From Streptosporangiaceae bacterium (GTDB lineage: Bacteria; Actinomycetota; Actinomycetes; Streptosporangiales; Streptosporangiaceae): a stretch of DNA of 53,746 nucleotides. The notes below the pieces were generated by a model. It was not told the DNA's origin. It worked only from the letters and a program-made list of their open reading frames with translations, and made no database searches. Made by a program: the position numbers and the translations under genes. Positions 8,764 through 18,270 of this stretch are shown here, piece by piece; position 1 is the stretch's first letter; every line of letters starts with the position of its first letter. The stretch lies in assembly GCA_030040155.1 (NCBI GenBank), contig JASHUG010000379.1:1-53746 (forward strand), in the 5' to 3' direction.

Positions 8764-10128
8764 ATGAAATCAGTCCTTCCCGGCAAGCTCCAGGCCGCGG
8801 TCGGCGCCCTGTCCGAGCGGCCGGTGGCCGTGACCGACAAGGGCTTCGGCCGGCTCACCCGGCCCGGGCCGGTAAGCGCCGGAAGGCTGGCCCTGACCCG
8901 GCCGTCGCTGTTCGGAGGCGACTTCGTCCTGCCGGTCATGGTCCTGCGTGAATCGGCGGTGCGCGGCAATATCCAGTCGATGGCTGACTATTGCGCAGCC
9001 GCCGGAGTTCAGCTGGCCCCACATGGCAAGACGACGATGGCGCCCCAGCTACTGGCTCTCCAGCTTGAGGCCGGCGCCTGGGGCGTGACCGCCGCGACCG
9101 TGGCCCAGGTACAAGTCTTCAGGTCCTTCGGCATGCCGCGAATCCTGGTCGCGAACGAGGTGACCGACCGGGCCGCGATCGAATGGCTGGCAGACGAACT
9201 GGCCGCCGATCCGGACTTTGACTGTTATTGCTTCGTCGACAGCCTGGCCGGTGTCGCCTTGTTCGACGACGCGATGCAAGCCGCATCGAGTCGGCGCCGC
9301 AGTGCCGGCCGTGCCGACCCCATCCGGCCGGTGCGGGCCCTGGTCGAGCTCGGCAGGCCCGGCGGGAGAGCCGGATGCCGCAGCGTCGATGAGGCTGTCA
9401 CGGTCGCCAAGGCGGTGAGCGCAACCTCCGGCCTTCGCCTGGCCGGTGCCGCGGGCTACGAGGGCAGCATCGGCCACGATGACTCGGAGGCGACGCTCAC
9501 CGCCATTGCCGAGTTCTGCCGGGATCTGCGCCGCCTGGGCACGCTCGTGTCGGCCCTTCCAGGCTGCGAGGGTGATTACATCCTGAGCGCGGGCGGAAGC
9601 GCGTACTTCGACATTGTCGTCCGCGAGCTAACGGCACCGGCCGGCGCGGCGCCGACGGTGATCTTGCGCAGCGGCGCCTACATCAGCCACGATCACGGTT
9701 TCTACCAGCGGCTGTCGCCGGGCGGACGGACCGGGCGTGACGGCCCGGCCCTCATGCCGGCGTTCACCCCGGCGTTCGAGCTGTGGGCATCAGTACTGTC
9801 CAGGCCCGAGCCCGGCCTCGCGATAATCGGCGCGGGCCGTCATGACGTCGCCTTCGACCAGGACATGCCGGTGCCGCTGCGGATCTGCCCGCCCGGAGGG
9901 CCGCCCGCAGTGCCGTCGGCCGGCGCCTCGAGTCCGCACGGGATGCGGATCAGCGCACTCGATGACCAGCATGGGTACCTGCGTGTCCCGGCCGACGCGA
10001 CGCTCGCCCCCGGTGACCTCGTCTGCCTCGGCATCTCGCATCCGTGCACGAACTTCGACAAGTGGCGAGTGATCCCGGTTGTCGATGATGGCTACCGGGT
10101 CATCGATGCCGTCCACACGTTCTTCTGA
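8764..10128 (+). CDS. PLP-dependent alanine-racemase-fold amino acid deaminase/aldolase (DSD1 / D-serine dehydratase-like family)
   Basis: 454 aa. LAPHGKTTMAPQL carries the candidate PLP lysine. A C-terminal beta domain (GDLVCLGISHPCTNFDKW) is typical of the D-serine dehydratase-like / D-threonine aldolase family. Confidence 0.7.
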   Translation: MKSVLPGKLQAAVGALSERPVAVTDKGFGRLTRPGPVSAGRLALTRPSLFGGDFVLPVMVLRESAVRGNIQSMADYCAAAGVQLAPHGKTTMAPQLLALQLEAGAWGVTAATVAQVQVFRSFGMPRILVANEVTDRAAIEWLADELAADPDFDCYCFVDSLAGVALFDDAMQAASSRRRSAGRADPIRPVRALVELGRPGGRAGCRSVDEAVTVAKAVSATSGLRLAGAAGYEGSIGHDDSEATLTAIAEFCRDLRRLGTLVSALPGCEGDYILSAGGSAYFDIVVRELTAPAGAAPTVILRSGAYISHDHGFYQRLSPGGRTGRDGPALMPAFTPAFELWASVLSRPEPGLAIIGAGRHDVAFDQDMPVPLRICPPGGPPAVPSAGASSPHGMRISALDDQHGYLRVPADATLAPGDLVCLGISHPCTNFDKWRVIPVVDDGYRVIDAVHTFF

Positions 10129-10192
10129 TGGGCCGGAGCGCGAGCCGCAGCCCTTTCGATCCGGCTTCGGGCAGGCGTGGAGAATTGGCCGG

Positions 10193-10807
10193 ATGAACCG
10201 CTGGACGACATGCGCCTCGGTTGCCGAGCAGCGCTGCATCGGCATCATCCGAGGCGCAACCGCCGACGAGGCGATCGGTGCGGGCCGCGCGCTGGTTCGC
10301 GGCGGAGTCACGATTGTCGAAGTCGCCTTCACCACCCCGGACGCACCGGCCGCGATCTCGGCGCTGCGCGCGGCCTGCCCGGCCGCTACGGTGGGCGCGG
10401 GTACCGTGCTGGACGCGGCGGCGGCATTCGCCGCCATCCAGGCCGGCGCCCAGTTCCTGGTATCCCCGCTGGTCGCCGCGGACGTGATGCGGACGGGTCA
10501 TCGCTACGGCGTCGCCGTATTTCCGGGAGCTTGCACGCCGACCGAGATCAGTTCGGCGATGGAACTCGGCGCCGATGCGGTCAAGCTCTTCCCGGCGGCA
10601 TCCCTCGGGATCGGCTTCCTGCGGGCGGTCTCGGCCGCCATGCCCCAGGTCCCGTTCATCCCGACCGGAGGCATCACCGCCGATGACGCGCCCCGCTGGC
10701 TGGAAGCGGGCGCCCTAGCGGTGGGCGTAGGCGGGCACCTCACCAGCGGCGACCCAGCCGGCATAGAAGAGCGCGCCCGCGAACTAGTCCGCCGCGTGAG
10801 TCGCTGA
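10193..10807 (+). CDS. eda: 2-dehydro-3-deoxyphosphogluconate (KDPG) / KHG aldolase
   Basis: Track ORF trimmed to ATG 10193. IGIIRGATADEAIGAGRALVRGGVTIVEVAFTTPDA...GAGTVLD...FLVSP...FPGACTPTEI...VKLFPA...IPTGGI matches the Eda family along its full length. Confidence 0.85.
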   Translation: MNRWTTCASVAEQRCIGIIRGATADEAIGAGRALVRGGVTIVEVAFTTPDAPAAISALRAACPAATVGAGTVLDAAAAFAAIQAGAQFLVSPLVAADVMRTGHRYGVAVFPGACTPTEISSAMELGADAVKLFPAASLGIGFLRAVSAAMPQVPFIPTGGITADDAPRWLEAGALAVGVGGHLTSGDPAGIEERARELVRRVSR

Positions 10808-10812
10808 GCGCG

Positions 10813-11517
10813 ATGACCGAACTCCGGCTGATTCGCGACGAGGCAGAGGTGGCCGAGCACCGGCTCGAGCTGGTCGTCGGAGCTGAGCACGTGCCGGGGC
10901 TGCTGTGGATGCCATCGGGCCCGCAGCACGGCCCAAGGCCGACCGTGCTCATCGCGCACGGCCGGGGTGGTCACAAACGCTGGCGCGGCACCGTGAGCCG
11001 GGCCAGGCAGTTCGTGGTCAGCCACCGCTGGGCCGCGGTCGCCCTGGACGCGCCCGGGCACGGCGAGCGCCGCAAGCCAGGCTCCGGCCTGGATGAGCTT
11101 CCTCCGCGCCCGGATCCCGACCAGGTCGTCGCGGAGATGACAGCCTGCGTGGACTTCCTGGCCGGCGAGGGCGTTCTGGACGCCACGGCCCTGGGCTACC
11201 TCGGCCTATCGATGGGCACCGCGATGGGCATACCGTTCATCGCCGCTCACCCGCGCGTGCGGTGCGCGGTTCTCGGGCTGATGCACTCCCGTTCGGAACG
11301 CGTCTGCGCCGACGCGGGGAGCGTCAGCTGCCCGGTCCTGTTCGTGATGAACCTGGAAGACGAAAGGGTGCCAAGAGCCGAGGCCCTCGAGTTGTTCGAC
11401 GCCATCGCCAGCACAGACAAGCGGCTGCACGCTTATCCCGGACGGCACGGGCAGCTACCGGAGGAGGAGACGGCGGCCGCCGAACAGTTCCTGGCCAGGT
11501 ACCTGACCGGCGCCTAG
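10813..11517 (+). CDS. alpha/beta hydrolase (dienelactone-hydrolase-like)
   Basis: 234 aa. GLSMG nucleophile elbow (LGYLGLSMGTAMG) and an HG oxyanion-type motif (VLIAHGRGGH). Confidence 0.7.
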   Translation: MTELRLIRDEAEVAEHRLELVVGAEHVPGLLWMPSGPQHGPRPTVLIAHGRGGHKRWRGTVSRARQFVVSHRWAAVALDAPGHGERRKPGSGLDELPPRPDPDQVVAEMTACVDFLAGEGVLDATALGYLGLSMGTAMGIPFIAAHPRVRCAVLGLMHSRSERVCADAGSVSCPVLFVMNLEDERVPRAEALELFDAIASTDKRLHAYPGRHGQLPEEETAAAEQFLARYLTGA

Positions 11518-11723
11518 CACGACGGCCGCATCTTGAGATCTTGCGCGGCGTGGCACCGTGACGTGAAGGCGGCCACCGCGTCGGGGTGTGATGGGCGGTG
11601 TCCGCGACGCGCTGGCCGGACGCGGCGCAGAGGTTCACTTTTATGCCGGTTGCGCGCAGTCTCCCGCGGGCCGGCGCGGCTTATATCAGTGAGGGTTCAA
11701 GGGCAAGGCCGTGGGAGGCGCGG

Positions 11724-12293
11724 ATGGATGGGGTCAGCGACAAGGCCGCGAAGCGCAAGTTCGAGAGCTTCGCGGCCGGGTCGTGGGACTCGCTATTGCG
11801 CACCGGCTATCTGATGACCGGCGACGCTGCGGACGCAGAGGACCTGGTCCAGGAAACGCTGCTGAGGGTGGCGCGGCGGTGGAACCGGGTGCAAGCGATG
11901 GATCACCCGGCCGCTTATGCCCGCCGGATCCTGATCAACTTGGTGCTGCACGACGCCGACCGCCGATCCCGGCAGCGAGCCGAACTGTGGCCGCAGGACG
12001 ACCGGGCCGAAACTGCCGACGAAAGCGCGGCACGCGCCCTACGGCAGGTCGATGACCAGTCCGAGTTCCGCTGGGCACTGGGGCAGCTGCCCGCGCGGCA
12101 GCGGGCCGTGCTGGTGCTGCGTTACTGGGCTGACCTGCCCCTAGCCGAGGTCGCTGCGATCCTCGGCTGCCCGGAAGGGACAGTGACCAGCAGCGCATCC
12201 CGGGCCGCGGCCCGCCTGGCCCAGGCCCTCGCCCACGGCGCGCCGCCAGCGGCCAGAACCCGCCGCACCGCAACCATGAAGGAGAACACCTGA
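11724..12293 (+). CDS. ECF-type RNA polymerase sigma-70 factor (locus 1)
   Basis: Trimmed to ATG 11724, preceded by GGGAGG. Region 2 (DAEDLVQETLLRVARRWNRV...AYARRILINL) and region 4 (LPARQRAVLVLRYWADLPLAEVAAILGCPEGTVTSSASRA). Confidence 0.85.
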   Translation: MDGVSDKAAKRKFESFAAGSWDSLLRTGYLMTGDAADAEDLVQETLLRVARRWNRVQAMDHPAAYARRILINLVLHDADRRSRQRAELWPQDDRAETADESAARALRQVDDQSEFRWALGQLPARQRAVLVLRYWADLPLAEVAAILGCPEGTVTSSASRAAARLAQALAHGAPPAARTRRTATMKENT

Positions 12294-12961
12294 TGCCTAC
12301 CGAGGAACTTGAAAACGAACTGCGCCGCATGTTGGCCCGCGAGGCCGCCGACATCCAGTACCCGGAGCAGGCCGGCCAGCGGCTGCTAGCACGCAACTAC
12401 CGGCCCGGCGGCCGTCACCGCCGCTTGGCCGCAGGCATTACCGCGGCCACGGCCGCCACGGCAGTGGCGCTCGCCCTGGGCCTGTCCGGGGTCTTCAGTT
12501 CGGCTGTGGCCAGCGGCACCGGCACAGTCCGGACCGCCGCCTTCACCCTTGTCAAGTACGCCAACGGCACGGCCACGCTGACCCTCAACCTGAACGTGCT
12601 CGTGGAACCCAGCATCCTGCAAAGCGACCTGCAGCAAGATGGCATCCCGGCGATCGTCACGACCGGCCAGTTCTGCTCCTCCGATCCCGCCCCGCCCGGC
12701 TTCAACCAGGTCACGACGGGGGCGAAGACGAAGCCGCCGACTTTCACGATCATCCCGGCGGCAATGCCCGCTGGCACCGAGCTGAGCTTTGGCAACTTCC
12801 AGGTTCCGGGCGGCGCGCAGACCGAGGTCGCGCTCATCGACACGAACTCCTACACCTGCTCCAGCTCGGCGCCCACGCTCAGCCAGTCACCGGCAGCCGA
12901 CTTCGTCTTGTCGCTCCACGCCCCAGGCGAGGCATCCGGATCAAAGTCTGCCAGGCCATAG
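12293..12961 (+). CDS. single-pass membrane protein, putative anti-sigma/sensor partner of ECF locus 1
   Basis: The start overlaps the sigma stop (TGATG). An acidic N-terminal helix (MPTEELENELRRMLAREAA) is followed by one TM segment (AAGITAATAATAVALALGLSGVF) and an extracytoplasmic domain. Confidence 0.6.
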   Translation: MPTEELENELRRMLAREAADIQYPEQAGQRLLARNYRPGGRHRRLAAGITAATAATAVALALGLSGVFSSAVASGTGTVRTAAFTLVKYANGTATLTLNLNVLVEPSILQSDLQQDGIPAIVTTGQFCSSDPAPPGFNQVTTGAKTKPPTFTIIPAAMPAGTELSFGNFQVPGGAQTEVALIDTNSYTCSSSAPTLSQSPAADFVLSLHAPGEASGSKSARP

Positions 12962-13074
12962 CCAGGGAACGGCTGGGGAGCGCCACGGTGGGCTCCCCAG
13001 CCTTCTTGCGCCCCGCTGGCGCCCGCAATCGGCTTTCTGCACGTTCTCTCGCGCAGCACAACAGCCCAACGCGG

Positions 13075-14085
13075 TCATGCCCGCAGCGCTCTGCCCAGCC
13101 GCGGGTACACCCGCCTGGCGTTGCCGGAATAGACCTTCGCCCGGTCCGCCTCGGTCAGCCCGAGGGCGTCGACGTACCGCTTCGTGTCATCGAAGTAGTG
13201 GCCGGTCTGCGGGTCGATGCCGCGTACGGCCCCGACCATCTCGGACCCGAACATGATGTTCTCGACGTCGATGACCTGGAACAGCAGGTCGATGCCGGGC
13301 TGGTGGTAGACGCACGTGTCGAAGAACACGTTCTTCATCACGTGCTCGGCCAGCGGCGGCTTGCCGAGCATGTCGGCGAGCCCGCGGTAGCGCCCCCAGT
13401 GATACGGCACGGCGCCGCCGCCGTGCGGGATCACCAGCCGCAGCTCAGGAAAGTCGCCGAACAGCTCGCCCTGGATGAGCTGCATGAAGGCGGTGGTATC
13501 GGCGTTGATGTAGTGCGCGCCGGTGAAGTGGAAGTTCGGATTGCGGCTGCTTGACACGTGCACCATCGCGGGCACGTCGAGCTCGACCATCTTCTCGAAG
13601 AGCGGATACCAGTACCGGTCGGTCAGAGGCGGCCCGGTCCACATCCCGCCACTCGGGTCCGGATTCAGGTTGCAGCCGATGAAGCCCAGCTCGAGCACGC
13701 AGCGCTCAAGCTCGGCTGCCGACGCCTTCACCGACGCCCCAGGAGACTGCGGGAGCTGGCAGACGCCTGCGAACGAGTCGGGGAACAGGCCGACAACCCG
13801 GCCGATGAGGTCGTTGCACGCCCGGGACCATTCGGCGCTGACCTGCTCGTCGCCCTCGTGGTGGCCCATCGCGGACGCCCGCGGCGAGAAGATCGTCATG
13901 TCGGCGCCGCGCTCACGCAGCAGCCGGAGCTGGTTCTGCTCGATCGACTCGCGGATCTCGTCGTCGGAGATGTGCGGGTAATCCGGTGCCTGGCCGCCTG
14001 CAGCGAAGGCCGCGAGCTGGTCCTTGCGCCAGTCGTTGTGCTGCGGGGGAGCGGTCGTATAGTGCCCGTGGCAGTCGATGATCAC
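13075..14085 (-). CDS. ligJ: amidohydrolase-2 family, 4-oxalomesaconate hydratase-like (LigJ/GalB function)
   Basis: [14 protein letters not shown] at the N-terminus, then HGGGAVPYHWGRY and FDTCVYH motifs of the metal-dependent amidohydrolase-2 family. GTG 14085 overlaps the upstream stop (GTGA); the track start is GTG 14106. Confidence 0.7.
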   Translation of the reverse strand: MIIDCHGHYTTAPPQHNDWRKDQLAAFAAGGQAPDYPHISDDEIRESIEQNQLRLLRERGADMTIFSPRASAMGHHEGDEQVSAEWSRACNDLIGRVVGLFPDSFAGVCQLPQSPGASVKASAAELERCVLELGFIGCNLNPDPSGGMWTGPPLTDRYWYPLFEKMVELDVPAMVHVSSSRNPNFHFTGAHYINADTTAFMQLIQGELFGDFPELRLVIPHGGGAVPYHWGRYRGLADMLGKPPLAEHVMKNVFFDTCVYHQPGIDLLFQVIDVENIMFGSEMVGAVRGIDPQTGHYFDDTKRYVDALGLTEADRAKVYSGNARRVYPRLGRALRA

Positions 14086-15206
14086 AGCGATGCTCCCTGA
14101 CTCCACACCGAGGACGGCACCATGACCTCGCCGCGCATCAGCAGCCGGGCGGTGCGCAGCAGCGCCGACTTACGCACGCTGATGGCACCGTCGTGCCCCT
14201 GCACCTCCAGCGTGACGGTGAAGAAGCCGGTGGGATGCTCGACCTCAACGTCGAGATCGACGGAGCCGCCAGCCGAGCCCGCGGACACGTCGGGCAGGTT
14301 CGCGATGGCGTAGGCGACGGAGCCGGGAAGCACGCATGCCGTCGCGACCGATACGGCGCCGAACACCCCGATCGCCTCGTGCACGCGGTGCGGGATGAAC
14401 GTTCGCGTGGACACGGCGCCGCCATGCGCGGGCGGCGAGAGCAGGCTCATCTTCGGCACCGTGCTGTTCGTTACGTTGCCCAGGTTCATCATCGGCCCGG
14501 CGGCCAGCCGGATCGCCTCCACCTGCTGTGTCAGTGACGCACTGCCCTCTAGCTCGCCGGGTGACTCCTGGCCGGAGAGCCCGAAGTCCGACGCCGCCAG
14601 GCAGACGACGGGCATGCCGTTGTCGATGCACGTCGCCTGCACGCCTTCGATCACGTCCACGACCTGCCCGGTCGGCAGCAGCGCGCCGCACGACGACCCG
14701 GCGGTATCGGCGAACTCGATGGGAATCGGCGCGTGGGTGCCTGGCACTCCGTCGATCTTGGCCGCGCCGTCATAACGCACCACCCCGCCCGGCGTCTGCA
14801 CCGACGCGATCGCGAGGGTGCGGGTGTTCTGCATCCAGATCCGCACCTGGGTCACGCCGTCGCGAGCGGCGACCAGGCCACGCTCTATCGCGAACGGGCC
14901 GACCGCGGCCAGCATGTTGCCGCAGTTCTGGCTGTCAGAGACCTCGGCCCGGTCGGGCCAGACCTGCAGGAACAGGTACTCGACGTCCGCGTTGTCACGC
15001 CGAGACTGGCTCACGACCGCGACCTTCGACGTCAGCGGATGACTGCCGCCCATTCCGTCGATCTCCCGCGGGTCAGGAGACCCCATGGCGGCGAGCAGCA
15101 CCGCATCGCGTTCGGCCCGGTCGCCGGGCAGGTCATCGGCGGCGAACACGAGGCCCTTTGACGTCCCGCCCCGCATGGCGGAACAGGAAATCGCGGTCTG
15201 GGTCAC
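14082..15206 (-). CDS. galD: PrpF-family isomerase, 4-oxalomesaconate tautomerase-like (GalD/LigU)
   Basis: 374 aa. [11 protein letters not shown]...[15 protein letters not shown] is the PrpF/methylaconitate isomerase signature. The GTG start overlaps the upstream stop (GTGA). Confidence 0.75.
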   Translation of the reverse strand: MTQTAISCSAMRGGTSKGLVFAADDLPGDRAERDAVLLAAMGSPDPREIDGMGGSHPLTSKVAVVSQSRRDNADVEYLFLQVWPDRAEVSDSQNCGNMLAAVGPFAIERGLVAARDGVTQVRIWMQNTRTLAIASVQTPGGVVRYDGAAKIDGVPGTHAPIPIEFADTAGSSCGALLPTGQVVDVIEGVQATCIDNGMPVVCLAASDFGLSGQESPGELEGSASLTQQVEAIRLAAGPMMNLGNVTNSTVPKMSLLSPPAHGGAVSTRTFIPHRVHEAIGVFGAVSVATACVLPGSVAYAIANLPDVSAGSAGGSVDLDVEVEHPTGFFTVTLEVQGHDGAISVRKSALLRTARLLMRGEVMVPSSVWSQGASL

Positions 15207-15892
15207 GGCGTGTCCGCGTAGTCGACGTACTGCAGTCCCTTGTCGGCGAGCCTGCTGCGCATGTCGTAGATGTCGAGGCCAAGTTCGCCGTCGGCCAGTC
15301 GCTTGCGCTTGTCCGCCTCATTGGCCTCCCTGGCCGCCGCGGCCTGCAGGACGGTCGCGGCCTGCTCGCGCCGCACCACGACGACCCCGTCGTCATCGGC
15401 CACGATCACGTCGCCAGGCCGGACGGGCGCTCCGGCGCAGGTGACGGGCGTCTGCACGTTGCCCGGCGTCTCCTTCACCGTGCCCTGGGCGAAGATTGCC
15501 CTCGACCACACCGGAAAGCCCATCTCGGTCAGGGACGCGACATCCCGCACGCCGCCATCGATGACGACGCCCCTGACCCCGTGCGCGCGCAGGCTCTCGG
15601 CCAGCAGGTCCCCCAGGTAGCCGTCGTCGCACGGGCTCGTGGTCGCGACCACGAGCAGGTCGCCTGGCCTCGCCTGCTCAACCGCAACGTGGATCGACCA
15701 GTTGTCGCCGGGCGCGACTTCGCAGGTCAGCGCGTTGCCGGCAACCCGGACGGGCCGGAAGATCGGCCGGATGTCGCTGCGGAGCAGCCCCGTGCGCCCC
15801 TGCGCCTCGTGCACCGTGGCTACCCCGGCGCGCCCGAGGCCGTCAACGATCTCCAGATCGGTCCGAGGCGTATTCCGTACAACCGTCGGCAC
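15203..15892 (-). CDS. ligK: 4-carboxy-4-hydroxy-2-oxoadipate aldolase / oxaloacetate decarboxylase (RraA-like, LigK/GalC)
   Basis: Track ORF 15203..16204 trimmed to GTG 15892, preceded by [22 protein letters not shown]...[11 protein letters not shown]...PGDLLVV...[24 protein letters not shown] is the RraA-like class II aldolase pattern. Confidence 0.8.
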   Translation of the reverse strand: MPTVVRNTPRTDLEIVDGLGRAGVATVHEAQGRTGLLRSDIRPIFRPVRVAGNALTCEVAPGDNWSIHVAVEQARPGDLLVVATTSPCDDGYLGDLLAESLRAHGVRGVVIDGGVRDVASLTEMGFPVWSRAIFAQGTVKETPGNVQTPVTCAGAPVRPGDVIVADDDGVVVVRREQAATVLQAAAAREANEADKRKRLADGELGLDIYDMRSRLADKGLQYVDYADTP

Positions 15893-16127
15893 GTGGTGCT
15901 CCTTTCGCTGGCGGCCTGCTGACCTAAATGTGAGCCTAGTGACATTGGCCGACCCCGCGACCGCCGGTTCCGGGTGACGGCAACCCCCTGGTTGCCGCCT
16001 GGCTGCAAAGCATCCCGTGCGCGCCGCCAGCCTTCCGCCGGGGGGAACGAAGGCTGGCCCGAGCGAGCGCCTGCCCCGAGCTCGCGCCGAGTTCCTGGCT
16101 TCGCCCGGTCGATGAGACGCGCGGGGG

Positions 16128-16748
16128 TCAGGTGCCCGGGCTTTCAGAACACGTGCTGACGGCCGCGGCAGTGATCGTCCGCGCGCAGCGGACGGCGCTC
16201 GCAATTGCCTCGTCGGGCGAGAGCTTGCACAGGTCGGTGAGGGTGAACAGCGCTTCCGCGCTGACCACTAGGGCAAGGTCCTGCTTCAAGCGACGGAACG
16301 CGTCAGGACGCTGCCGGCCGAGGCTGCCCTCCAGCGGGGCGAGTGCATGGTCAATTATCCCGAAGCGGTAGCCAGGCCGGATCTCGGCAGCCCGGGGCGC
16401 AACCACCGAGGCGGCGATCATGGCCCGGACGGCGCCCTGGTAGGCCTGAACGTGGCGGAGCAGCCGATCGGTTCCCACCCCGATCCGCTCCACTGCGTCC
16501 GCGCTGTCCTCGGCCGAGGCCAGCGCCTGCTCGGGGCTGGGCCAGGTGCCGTCGACTGCCTCCCGCAGCAACGAAACAAGGTCAGGGAAGTACCGGTACG
16601 CCGTCGCCTCGGAGACCAGCGCCGCCTGCGCGACGGCCGGCATCGTGACTTCGGCGCTGCCGGTGATGAGGTCACGGGCTGCGGCCACGATGGCGGCCCT
16701 GGTGCGCCGCTTCTGATTAACCCGTCCCGTCGCGGCATCCGCTGTCAT
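16128..16748 (-). CDS. TetR/AcrR family transcriptional regulator
   Basis: N-terminal [18 protein letters not shown]...[25 protein letters not shown] 16748; the track start is TTG 16775. Confidence 0.85.
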   Translation of the reverse strand: MTADAATGRVNQKRRTRAAIVAAARDLITGSAEVTMPAVAQAALVSEATAYRYFPDLVSLLREAVDGTWPSPEQALASAEDSADAVERIGVGTDRLLRHVQAYQGAVRAMIAASVVAPRAAEIRPGYRFGIIDHALAPLEGSLGRQRPDAFRRLKQDLALVVSAEALFTLTDLCKLSPDEAIASAVRCARTITAAAVSTCSESPGT

Positions 16749-16781
16749 CCCCCCACTCTTCCGGGCAGCCGACAAACAGTC

Positions 16782-16810
16782 AAGTCAACTCTCGTTATTA
16801 GAGTCAACTT
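16782..16810. promoter_or_regulatory. putative TetR operator in the divergent promoter region
   Basis: AAGTCAACT (16782..16790) and GAGTCAACT (16801..16809) are direct repeats. They enclose the inverted pair ACTCT-N7-AGAGT and lie between the tetR start and the hydrolase-cupin gene. Confidence 0.3.
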
Positions 16811-16881
16811 GCATAAGCGTCGAACGAGGGCTAGCCTCATTCGTGAGAGTCCACTCTTACGTTCGGCGGGAGGAACACGCC

Positions 16882-18174
16882 ATGACCACCGCGACAGCGC
16901 AGCTCCAGGTCCACGGCATCGGGCCGGTGCCAGTTACCTATACCGAGAGCGGCAGCGGGCAGCCCGTGCTGCTGCTGCACGGCGGCGCGGGGCCGTTCTC
17001 AGTTGCAGGGTTCGCCGCAATGATGAGCGATGCAGGCTATCGCGTCGTAGTGCCGGTCCATCCCGGCTTCGACGGCACGCCGCGGCCACCGGAACTGGCC
17101 AGCATCGCCGGGATCGCGGCCGCCTACGCAGCTCTGCTCCGCGAGCTCAACCTGACCAGCGTCTGTGTCATCGGCAACTCGATTGGCGGCTGGATCGCGG
17201 CCGAGCTCGCGCTGGCCGAGAGCGCGGCCGTCGACTGCCGGCTCAGCTCTGTCGTCCTCGTCGATGCGGCCGGGCTGCAGCTCGACAGCGCGCCCGTCCC
17301 CGACTTCTTCTCGCTGACCCTCGATCAGGTCGCCGAGCTGAGCTACTTCAACCCGGATGCGTTCCGCATCGACCCGGCTGCGCTGCCGCCGGAGCGAGCT
17401 GCCGCCATGGCAGGCAATCGCGCGACGTTGCTGGAATATGCGGGAACCGGGATGGCCGATCCCGGCCTGCGCGACCGGCTGCCTGCGATCGCGATGCCAG
17501 TCGCGGTGGTCTGGGGCGCAGCCGACCGCATGATCCCCGTTGAGCACGGTCATGCTTACGCCGACGGCATCCCTGGCGCCCAGTTCCGGCTCATCACCAA
17601 GGCCGGTCACCTGCCGCAGCTCGAAACCCCAGATGAGCTGCTCGAAGTCGTGACGGACTTCACCGCTGCGGCCCGGCGGCGCGCAGACCAGGATGGCCAC
17701 GTCATCACGCGGATCTCGATAGTCCCGCCGGATGGCGGCGAGGTTGCCCTGGAGGGCCCGACCCGATTGCGGATCCTGGAGGACGGCACCACAACCGCAC
17801 ATCGGCTGGGCGTTGCCGAGATCACGATCGCACCGCACACAGCGGGACCGCCGCAGCACAGGCACGGTCGCCACGACGAAGGCTTTTACGTCGCGGCCGG
17901 CACCGCCAGCTTCACCGTCGGCGAGCATTCCTACGAGGCACCGGCCGGCACGCTCGTGATGATCCCGCCCGGAGCACCGCACACGTTCGCCAACACCAGC
18001 GATGAGCCCGTGATACTGCTGAACACCTTCACGCCCGACCTGTACGTGCAGTATTTCCGGGACATCCGTAACATGATCGTTTCCGGGTCGCCGCCGCGGG
18101 CCGACCAGATTACGGACGTGATGGCGCGCTACGCCACCGAGCCCGCCACCACGTACGCCAACGAGCCGGACTAA
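16882..18174 (+). CDS. alpha/beta hydrolase (meta-cleavage-product hydrolase-like) fused to a C-terminal cupin domain
   Basis: ATG 16882 is preceded by GGGAGGAAC. N-terminal half: LLLHGGAG...GNSIGGW nucleophile elbow...AGHLPQLE. C-terminal ~130 aa: PPQHRHGRHDEGFYVAAGTASF...LVMIPPGAPHTF, a cupin metal-binding pattern. Confidence 0.75.
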   Translation: MTTATAQLQVHGIGPVPVTYTESGSGQPVLLLHGGAGPFSVAGFAAMMSDAGYRVVVPVHPGFDGTPRPPELASIAGIAAAYAALLRELNLTSVCVIGNSIGGWIAAELALAESAAVDCRLSSVVLVDAAGLQLDSAPVPDFFSLTLDQVAELSYFNPDAFRIDPAALPPERAAAMAGNRATLLEYAGTGMADPGLRDRLPAIAMPVAVVWGAADRMIPVEHGHAYADGIPGAQFRLITKAGHLPQLETPDELLEVVTDFTAAARRRADQDGHVITRISIVPPDGGEVALEGPTRLRILEDGTTTAHRLGVAEITIAPHTAGPPQHRHGRHDEGFYVAAGTASFTVGEHSYEAPAGTLVMIPPGAPHTFANTSDEPVILLNTFTPDLYVQYFRDIRNMIVSGSPPRADQITDVMARYATEPATTYANEPD

Positions 18175-18214
18175 TTGGCGCGGGACAGATTCGGCCGGCG
18201 ACGCGCCGCAGATA

Positions 18215-18243
18215 TTGACACAGTATGGAGGGCTTTCTAGCTT
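18215..18243 (+). promoter_or_regulatory. sigma-70-like promoter candidate for the dioxygenase operon
   Basis: TTGACA (18215..18220), a 17-nt spacer, then TAGCTT (18238..18243), about 30 nt upstream of the TTG start at 18271. AAGGGAG is a likely RBS. Confidence 0.3.
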
Positions 18244-18270
18244 GAAGCTGCCAAGACCAAGGGAGCGCGC

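Noticed and set aside
14528-15922. 464-aa plus-strand ORF
   Set aside because: It is antisense to the PrpF/GalD-like and LigK-like genes. The extreme Arg/Pro/Ser content fits a shadow ORF.
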